Assembly: GCA_963575745.1 (NCBI GenBank) | Contig: CAUYUJ010000181.1 | Location: 496,001-560,000 of the forward strand | DNA: 64,000 nucleotides | Direction: 5' to 3' | Source of the DNA: Prorocentrum cordatum | Taxonomy: Eukaryota | Shown: positions 55,168-64,000 of the stretch, piece after piece | How the letters are laid out: each line of letters begins with the position of its first letter | Numbering within the stretch: the first letter of the stretch is position 1 | Notes under the pieces: model-generated | Told to the model about the DNA's origin: nothing | What the model saw: the letters and a program-made list of their open reading frames with translations, nothing else | The model's database searches: none | Position numbers and translations under genes: made by a program

Positions 55168-56697
55168 CTCCGCTGAGATGTTCCCCGCCAGCCAGAAGCA
55201 CTCGGAGACACCGACGGTGACGCCGTCCAGGCACGAGAAGGAGCCCACCGCGATCATGTCATCGGGGCAGGCGGCCCAGCAGCGCTCCCCGCTGGCCAGG
55301 TTTGCGGTGCAGTTGCTGGGGCCGCCAGCTTCATCCAGCGCGTTGCAAGTGGCCTCCGCCAGAGTAGCATCGTCAAGTTTCGCAGCAAGCTGCAGCTGGA
55401 GGTCGATCGTACTTCGGAGCGGCAGCCCGAACTCGCCCAGGGCGAACTCCAGGCCACAGCGGTCCACGCAGCAGGCGCTGGTGTCAAAGTCGTTGGGGGC
55501 ACAACCAGTGCAGACTGAACCGCAAGGGCATGCAGTTGTGTTGCTCCAGTCGCAATATATGTGGGTCGACGTTGTCGAGGTGGTCGTACTGGTTGTACTT
55601 CTGGTCGAGCTGGTCGTGCTGGTCGTGGTGGTCGACAGCGATGTACGCGTGATGGTGTCCGACTTCGTGGTGGCCGACATTGTAAACGTCGAGGTGACAC
55701 ACCCCTTGTCCATGCACGTGCAACACCAACTCTTCTTAGGGTTGGACCATCCAAACTCCGCAGTTTCCAACCCTGCATCGCAATCATACAAAGGGCACCC
55801 GTAACCACTGTTCCTGCAACACCACTCAAGCTCCACCATGCTCCACAGCGTGCATGCACTCTCCTGGTCCATGGCTGACTGGCAGCCCGACTCTACGGTG
55901 AAACTGCTCGTGGAAACAGTGGAGGTGGTAACTGACGTTGTGGTCATGGTTTGGGACACGCTCGTCGAGGAAGAGGCGCTCGTCGTGGAGACGGTCGTGA
56001 TTGATGTTGCAGTCCGGCTTGTAAGCGTTTCTGTCACAACCGTGGAAGTGGCCGTCTCCGTCGGGCATCCCATGCCTTCGTTCTCGCAGCACCACTGTAG
56101 CTTCCAACCAGACCAAGCTGTGGCGAGATCTTCAAAATCGGCTGTGCAGTCAAACGGGCCGCCGAAGGGTGTGGTCGAGGTGGTCGTGGTGGTCGAGGTC
56201 GAAGTCGTGGTCCTTGTAGTGGTCACTGTCGTAGACGTCGTGGTGCTAAGCGTGCTTGTTGTGCGGGTGGTGGTGCTGGAGGTGGACGTCGATGATGTGG
56301 CCGATGTAGTGGAAGTGGTGGACGAGGTGGTGGTTTCGCAGCATTGCATCTGGTCTGGTGGCTCGCAGGCTTGCGCGGAGGGTAACATGGAACTGGGCCT
56401 CATGCTCAGGCCGCTGGGGCACGCTTCGCTGGAGCAGGCGTAGCACTGCATGGACTCCAGCGCGGGGCCCACCCACGAAGGCACGGCGGGGATCCCCCGC
56501 AGCCGCGCCCGCAGCTCGCCGCGGAGCAGTTCGGGGTCCCCAGGCAGCCCGAACAGCTCGAGCACGCCCTCCACTGTGGTCGGCTCGGCGCCCTGGGAGC
56601 TCACGCGGCGCAAGGGCGCGCCACCCGGAGCGCCGCCGTATGCGGCAGACTCTGCCGCTGCCAGAAGCAGGAGAAGCCGCAAGGTCGCGGCCCCCAT
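55168..56697 (-). CDS. Gene 3 exon 1: signal peptide, Thr-rich tracts and Cys/Trp repeats (cell-surface protein)
   Basis: MGAATLRLLLLLAAAESAA signal-like start (alternative ATG at 56724). Repeats FDCTAD..WSGWKLQWCCENEGMGC, WSMVELEWCCRNSGYGC and YDCDAG..WSNPKKSWCCTCMDKGC. Confidence 0.85.
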
Positions 56698-56843
56698 GCC
56701 GCCATGGCGGGGCTGCAGCTGCATCGCGACTCGCAGCTGCGCTGAAGCCAAAAGGGGTACAGAGGAGGCGGGGAGGCGCGAGGGCTGCGACGGGGCAGCC
56801 TCGAGCAGCGCGACGACCAGCCACGTCCGCCGCAAGGACCCCT

Positions 56844-57162
56844 CTTGAGGGCCTGTGCGCTTTCCATCACGCTTCGCCAGCTTGCGCCGCCAAAGTCGCC
56901 ACTGCTTTCGTTCTGCCAACTCGGGGACCTTCTGACCCGGGTCAAGCCAGACCCGGGTCAGCAGGAAACCAAAAACTGCAATGCAGGAAACAAAAAAAAA
57001 AACGCAACGCAGGTCTTCGCAAACCCGGGTCAGCCAATATGCGCGGCCGCCTCGCGGCCACAAGCGGCTCGCTAACCCGGGTCAGCCAGAGGGGGTCTTC
57101 GCAGGATCCTGCAGGATCCGGTGCCGTCGCTGACCCCCGTTTGCATTGACCCCCGTCTCAAG
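56844..57162. repeat. Probable short insertion element upstream of gene 3 (CTTGAG...CTCAAG)
   Basis: Short inverted ends and a repeated palindrome (T)GACCCGGGTCA. No clear TSD. Confidence 0.45.
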
Positions 57163-57457
57163 GCTCCCGACCAACCTCCGCGGGCCTTCCGCCGGCCTCG
57201 GCCGAGCCGCGGGGAGAGAACCGCCGACGCCCAGCTCCCCGGACGCCTTCGCGTGGCCTCCGCCGATCTCCCGGTGGCTCCCACGTCGCCCCGCGCCCGC
57301 AGAGGTGCGTGCCGCGCACGGGCAGGCGCTGGCACGAAGTGCGCGCGCAGCTCTTGAGGGTACACGGTCTGCGGCCCAGTTGGAAACACCACACCTGCGT
57401 CTCTCTGGCGCTGAGCTCCAGCCCCAGAGGCTCTGGGCGCTCTCCCAAGCGGTGGAG

Positions 57458-57690
57458 TTGAGCGGGGACCGACCGTCCCGGCATTCCTATAGTCCTACCA
57501 CGAAGCGTTTTTAGAACCTACAAATGTTCGAATAACGAAAACAATGTTCTTAGAACAGAAGCCCGATGTGATACAACAAGACAGGCTCCGCCAGAAAGGT
57601 TCGAAGAACATTCCGCGGACACCACAGCAGATTCTTAGAACCCTCTTCGGTAGGCCTCTGGGCGAGCCAGGACGCCTCGCCACTGCTTGA
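57458..57690. mobile_element. MITE family A flanked by a direct duplication of about 110 bp
   Basis: 57352-57457 is repeated at 57691-57806. Confidence 0.85.
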
Positions 57691-58170
57691 TCTTGAGGGT
57701 GCACAGGTCTGCACGGCCTGCGGCCCGCTTGGAAACACCACGCCTGCGTCTCTCCGGCGCGGAGCTCCAGCCCCAGAGGCTCCGGGCGCTCTCCCAGGCG
57801 GTGGAGGGTGGCCGTGGCGAGCCGCGGGGGGGGGGGGGGGGCACCCGCACGCCGGCGGGACCACCCTGCTCGGCGAGGAGGTGGCTCCTGGGACAGCGGC
57901 GGGGCGGTCTGCTGCCGTGCGCAGAGCGCTCGCGGTCTTCGCCCCGGTGCTATACCCAGCCGCCTCGCCACCAGTGCCAGGGCGCCGCCTCGCCCTCTCG
58001 CTCCCTCGCTCCCTCGCCCCTCTCGCTCTCTCTCTCGCTCGGGCTCTCCCTCCCTCCCTCCCTCTCTCCCTCCCTCCATCCCTCTCTCCCTCTCTCCAGC
58101 TTTTTGTTCCTTGTTCCTCTCTCTCTCTATTATATCTCTCTTTTATCTCTCTCTTCTCTCTCTCTCTCTG

Positions 58171-58201
<31 letters not shown>

Positions 58202-58884
58202 CCTCGTTGTCGCTCATGTCCCTTCGTCGCGGGCCCCTCGGGGAACAGACGACGTCGGCGCGCGGGACCCTGCGAGAGCGGGCAACGAGCGCTGGTGGAG
58301 CTCGGGCCGATATCGGCACGAGCTCCACTCCACTCAACGAAGGCGGGCAGCGCGAGGGATCTGGCCCTCTCCAAGGACCGAACCTCGCGGACGCCGGAGA
58401 TCTGCCGAGCGCTTCGCCAACGCCCACATGCCTCGGGCCGATATCGGGAATGCAGCCGGCCCGTACCACAAGGATGCGCCAGAAGGACGCAAGGGCCTCT
58501 GACGTCCATCCCGAAGCCTATCGAGCGGAGCGCGGCCAACGAAAGCGGCCAAGGATGGACCGAGGAGGCATTGACGCAAGGGTGCCCTCGGGAAGGATGC
58601 CCGTCCTTACTATGCGGGTTCACTGTAACTGCCTAGAGGAGAGCGAAGAGGCCAGAGAAGACGACGCGGAGAAAGATGAAGAGGGCATTCGGATTCTTCC
58701 GTTCGCCCGCGCCCTCCTCAGAGTCATCCCCCTCCTCCAGGATATCTTCGCTGCGAGTCTCTCTCACGCCCAAGAAGGTCGGGAGAGCGAACCGATATCC
58801 TCTCACTGTGGGCCCTCCGCCGTGTGCAGGAAAGACGGGAGGGCGCAGGACTCGCTCTTTTCCCCCTCTCCTCCTCACTGGCCA

Positions 58885-59001
58885 TCGCTCGGACGTCCAT
58901 TCCCTGTGTCTTTTTCGGTTTCGTGCGTGGCTTTCCCGCCAAATGATCAAGGATGCTCCTCGATGTTACTCGCCGAAGGAGAAATGCACACGTCCGAGCG
59001 A
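58885..59001. mobile_element. MITE family F, 5-bp TSD
   Basis: TCGCTCGGACGT / ACGTCCGAGCGA. GGCCA at 58880-58884 and 59002-59006. Confidence 0.85.
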
Positions 59002-60284
59002 GGCCAGGCCCCTCGAGGACCCGCTTACTGCGCCCCCTCGGACCTCTCCCGCGCGCCGGCCGAACTGCAGGTTTTTCACGATCCGCGCCCGGTGGTGGCC
59101 ACGAGAGGCCCCCAAGCTGGTGAGACACCTGGCGCTGAATACCGTCGGGGCGTTGACCTAAGGAACACTAAATAAGGAACGAGGCCCCTTTTTTTCCATA
59201 AGTTAACCTTCGATTTCCTGCCGAAAGCATGAGGAAAGCCTGAGGCAAGCTGTGAAACACTTAAGGAACGCGGAGCCCCTCCCCAACGAAAAGGGTTCCT
59301 TATTCAGGGCCCCGACTGTCGGCCAAGTATCCCCCGTCCCTGTCCAGGAGTCAGCCCTCCCACGCGGGAGAGAATGAGGAGAGACGCCCGACGGAGCCGC
59401 GAACCCGTCCTTGGAGTTCAAATGGACATGTCTTGCAAGAAAGGCGACGACGGTGTGGTGGGGAGGAGGAGGAGGAGGAGGAGGAGGAGGAGGAGGAGGA
59501 GGAGGAGGAGGCGGAGGCGGAGGAGGAGGAGGAGGCGGAGGAGGAAGAAAAGGTGGCGGAGGAGAGGGCGAAGGAGGAGAAGGAGGAGGAGGAGGAGGAG
59601 CAAGAGCAGGGGGATCCCAGCAAACCGTCCCATGTTGGTTCCCATGCTGTCAGTCCCCCTCGGCATACCGTGTCGGCAGCCTCGAGGGAAAGGAATGAGG
59701 GGCACGAGAAAGAGGAGGAACGAGCGAACCAGGAGGGGAAAGAATGGATGAGGAGAGGACCGCGGGGACGAAAGGGTAGGATAGCAAAGGGCAGGGTGGA
59801 GAATCAGCTGACGTAGCTGGTTTTCCTAGCGCCTCCTGGCGCCCGTGTATCGAGGAATGGGCCCGGCGGCGGGGTGGAGACCGGCTGCATGCAGCAGATT
59901 TTGTAGTCCCCCCTTTCCCCATCACCCCTTCCGTGCGGCCCGAGAGGAGCGGCAGGAGTGAGGGTGCGGGCGCAGACGGAGGGCGGGATAAAACGAGCAG
60001 GGGTGGAGAGAAAAGCACGGAGAAGGGAAAGGCCGAAGAAGAAACAATGTGGACGAGAGGGCGGAGCAAGCAGAGCAAGGCCTGAGGAACTGGACGAGGG
60101 AAGGCGAGTGGAGAAGAAAACAAAGGGAGGAGTTAAGTACCAGGAGGGGAACTGGAAGGACGAATAAAGGACGGGAGAGAAAAGAAACATGATGTGAATT
60201 CCATATGTCCGTCTTGCTTATTTCCGTGGTAGGTAGTGTGGACCCAAATCAGTTACTGATTCCACTCTCCACTATGGATGTGTA

Positions 60285-60720
60285 AGCTTTGTGGTGCAAG
60301 CTAGGTGGTGCAATGTGTGGAATGCAAGCTATGCGGTGCAAGCTATGTGGTGCAAGGTTTGCGGTGCTATCTACGTTGTGCAACATGACGTGATGCAAGC
60401 AGTGCGGTCCAACATATGGACTGCAAGCTACGTGATAGGTGGTGCAATCTCTGTGGTGCAATCTGTGTGGTGCAATCCAACATATGGACTGCAAGCTACG
60501 TGCCATGTGGTGCAAGCTAGGTGGTGCAATCTGTGTGGTGCAAACTATGTGGCGCAAGCTCGGCGGTGTATGCTGTGTGGTGCAGGCTAAGCAGTGCGGT
60601 GCACCCAGTGTCGCGGAATCTACGCCACGTGGTGAAGCCCCCGTGGTACAAAGCATGCGGTGCAAGCTCTGTGGTGCCACCGACGTGGTGCGAGCTGCGC
60701 GGTGTGAGCTGTGGTGCGGC
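60285..60720. repeat. Degenerate minisatellite (GTGGTGCAAGCT-like units)
   Basis: Directly visible. Confidence 0.85.
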
Positions 60721-61499
60721 GAGGGGCGGGAACGGGGCCGCCCGGCCCGCAGACGAGCCTGTCTGTCGGGAAGGATGGGGCGGCGACGAACGGGGACGGG
60801 GCCACAGGGCCAGCAGACGGGCCCGGTGCCCGACAGTCGGCTAGACGTAGGAGTGACCCCTGGGTACGAGTGACCTTTGGCGCGCAGCTTTTAGGGGCGC
60901 GAGGGAGCCAAACCCAAGGGCGCGGGCCGCTTCTATCGCATCGCGCTCGCGATCGGGGGGAGCCCGATGAGCCCGCACCAAAGGTCACTCCGGCGAAGGG
61001 TCACTCTTACGTGTAGTCGAGATGAGAGAGGTAAGAACCCCTCAGTGCAAACACTGCTGGGGGAATATGAGCGAAGGAGAGAAGTAGGGCTCATCGAGAG
61101 AACGAGGGGAAGTGACGAGGACAGCGGGAGACGACGGAAAGCCTCTTGAGGCCTCGTCGGAGCCTCCTGGTGCGTACTAGGGCGTTTTCTCGGGGCCTCT
61201 TGGGGGGCCCTCTTGAAAAATGTCGGGGGGCCCTGTGGGGGCATTATGGGGCCCCTTGGAACAGCTTGGCCTCTCGGGGCCCTCTTGCAGGCATCAACGA
61301 TTATGGCACTGTGTGGCCAGGTCCAGTTGTTTTGCGTGATCGATGTAGTTTTGGGATGGCCAGGCTTAAGTTGGCGATGGCCAGGACTACATCTGCGATT
61401 GCCAGGTTTTTTCCCAGCGTTCCTGCGGTCTTGGGTCCTTGTTTCGAATCCGCAACACCCCGCACCCCCCACCCTCCCGTTTTGCCTCCTCGCCTCCGC

Positions 61500-62560
61500 A
61501 TGCCACCCCCCCTGCCTGTGCACTCCGCATGGCACACACCTCACACGTTGGTTGGCCCCATAGGCAGCTCCGCCGAACGCCCCAGTGGAACCCATCTGCT
61601 TCCGCGCCCATTTCTGCACACCAATAACACGTTTCGTGGCTCAATAGAGAGCTCAACCGAAGGCCCCAATGGTAACGTCCGCATGCTGCTGCGCCCATTT
61701 AGGGACGGCCATCACACGTCTCGTGTGCGGCAAATTCTTGCCTTCTCGACCTCAGCGTTGGTTCTTGACACCGCGGGAATCGTTCAACCTTGAACGATTG
61801 GCCGTTTCCCAAATGTCCGATCGTTCAACACCAACCGATTCTGGGTCGCTGGCAGCATTTCAACGCTGAACGCTGGAGGCGGGGTCGCCGCCGGTCGACA
61901 CGACGCGAACCTTCCGTGTCCGTGGAGAGCTCCACGGAAAGACCCAATGGCAACGTCCGCATGATGCCCTGCCCATTCTGGCACACCCCCTCACTCGTTT
62001 CATGGCCTCGTTGGGAGCTCCACCGTAGGACGTAGGACCAAATGGCAACGACCGCATGATGCCACGCCCACTCTGGCCCAAGCCTCACACGTTCCGTGGC
62101 CCCGTTTGGAGCTTCAACAAAGCCAAATCTGGCAACATCCGCATGCTTCCGCGCCCATGCCGGCACGCTCCTCACACGCTTCGTAGACCCATAGAGAGCT
62201 CCACCAAAAACTCATGTGGCACTGTCCGGATGCTGTCGCGCATATTCCGGCACACCACTTACACGTTTCGTGTGCCACCGAATTCCCTAGAGTCAACGTC
62301 CTGCTAATTTCCAGCCGCCCCTCTCACGTTTCGTGGCCCCATTAGGAGCTCCGCCGAAGGCCCCAATGGCAATATCCGCATGCTGCCGCGCCAATTCCGG
62401 CCCACCCCCTCACACGCCTGGTGGCCCCATTAGGAGTTCCATCGAATGCTCCTTGGCAAGGGCAGCATGCTTTCGCACAAAGTCTGGCATACTCCTCACA
62501 AGTTCCGTGGCCTCATAAAGAGCTCCACCGAAGTCCCCAATTGCAGGGTCCGCATGGTGT
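61500..62560. repeat. Degenerate tandem repeat of about 85 bp
   Basis: Recurrent CACGTTTCGTGGCCCCAT.GGAGCTCCACCGAAGGCCCCAATGGCAAC.TCCGCATGCTGCCGCGCCC. Interrupted at about 61715-61905. Confidence 0.85.
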
Positions 62561-64000
62561 TGCTCCACTTTCATTATCAATTTTGAGCTACTCGCATTTG
62601 TTTGTGGTTGGATATGTCGCCAGATAACTGTTAATAGCTGGGTCAACCTCTCTGGTGATCAAGTCTGCTTGGTTGGTGGTCAGGGCTCCACGGCGAAACG
62701 GCAGCGCCACCCAGGTACTCTTGGGACGCCTTGAAGTCCTACCATAATCCAGAAGCACCAGAAAGTCTTTATACTGGTCCTCCATATTCCAGCGATGCTA
62801 ATGGGTACAGCCGATGATGGTGGCGGTGTTGATGGCCATAAGTATGGTGATAACTGTAATGAGGAATGTTGATGCGATGGTGGCGCTTATTGAATTGAGC
62901 TGATGCTGCAGGTCATGATTGTGGTGTTGCCGAAGCTACTGTCAATGTTGGGGTGTATGTAATGACGGTGTTGATGATTCTTCTCAACATGACTCAAAAC
63001 GATGCGTCCAAACAACACTATGTGCCGGAAATCGCGAAACAGTCAGTCAGAACAGGAGGTCGTCCATCCAGCTCTTCCAACGTGAACGCTTCATGTCCGA
63101 AGTGACCTCGAGACGATGACCACATGCACAATGCGTCTCATCAGAAATGCCGGATTTACAATGTCAACATTCTGGACAGTTTGGCTTTACACGGATACTG
63201 CTGATACCTGTCCAGGATAAGATAATGAATATGGTAGGCAGAGCGGCGTCATGAAATTCATCACTATACAAAGTTGACAACGTTGCAACATTTTGCCAAG
63301 TAGACTTTGGGAAATCATGCAAGTCAGATCATGGAAGGGGGATAGGGGTATGGTTTATACCGCTGCATCACTACGAAATTGATTCACCCAAGAATTGAAA
63401 CGCCAAGTAAAATTTTACTTGATTTTTTGTAATTGCGCGGGTCATAGGGGGGTAGGCTGAGTGGACGGGTGCAGGGGCATTCCAATGTTCGACCCGTACG
63501 ACACTGCGATAATGATACACACGCCCAGCATGCGTAGCCAGTTCGGGGTCGGCTTTTGTTTTGCGTTGTCGGCCCTCGCCGCGCTCCCAGCTACAGGCCG
63601 CATGCATCGCCACCACTGGTGCGCGGGTCGTGGAGCAGGACAAGAACTGTGAAAAGCGACTCAAGGGTGGACGAATCCTACCCACCCGCAATGTCACGGA
63701 ATCTGCGCCGCAGGTTCTGAATTTCAAGTGGCGGGGCCCGCCCGCAGACAACGCGAAACGCGACCACGACGGACGCGGTCGCCCACCGTGCAATCAAGGG
63801 TGGTGCCGCCAGGAAATTTGGCCCACTAGCGCGGCTAAGGCGCCCCAAGCCATAAGACGTCAAGCCATCATCCTTTCCGCCATCCTTGGCTGCTGCCTCG
63901 GCCGTCCAAGGGCACCCTTGGCGGCACATTCATCCTTGCCGTTTGGGGTCGAAGCCCGTTGCACGGCGGCGTCGCAGGGATGGGGGAGGCAAGGGTACCC

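Noticed and set aside
56725..57063. N-terminal extension of the 685-aa ORF
   Set aside because: It has a non-ATG start, runs through a probable insertion element and lies before the signal peptide.
57350..57370. Spliced-leader relic upstream of gene 3 (CTTGAG...ACGG on the plus strand)
   Set aside because: Only about 6 bases match contiguously, which is not distinguishable from chance.
57808..59175. 455-aa plus-strand ORF
   Set aside because: It crosses a (CT)n tract and a MITE and has no recognisable protein features.
62600..64000. Lower-GC, non-repetitive terminal region as a possible gene or element
   Set aside because: No convincing ORF, motif or boundary is visible within the window.

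Overview
Eukaryotic, GC-rich, very repeat-dense DNA that looks like a dinoflagellate genome (Prorocentrum-like; this is an inference from GA/GC splice donors, AG|G junctions, co-oriented genes and the gene families present). Most ORFs in the track are artefacts of microsatellites. I can reconstruct three spliced genes, all on the minus strand. (1) A multi-pass membrane protein, 2 exons, 2799-4069. (2) A DET1-like histidine phosphatase of about 255 aa, whose 5 exons are spread over 25 kb (6937-32372) by two huge GA-AG introns. (3) A secreted/type-I membrane Thr- and Cys-rich protein of about 860 aa, 4 exons, 52814-56697. The main result is that all four introns of genes 1 and 3 are insertions of four different short transposon families, each flanked by a 5- or 8-bp target-site duplication that supplies the splice sites. 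Free copies of each family occur elsewhere in the window, so this looks like an Introner (intron-generating transposon) system. The rest consists of MITEs, decayed RNase H-bearing LINE retrotransposons, a multi-kb inverted satellite structure, a three-level tandem repeat and long microsatellites. No rRNA, tRNA or CRISPR array was recognised.
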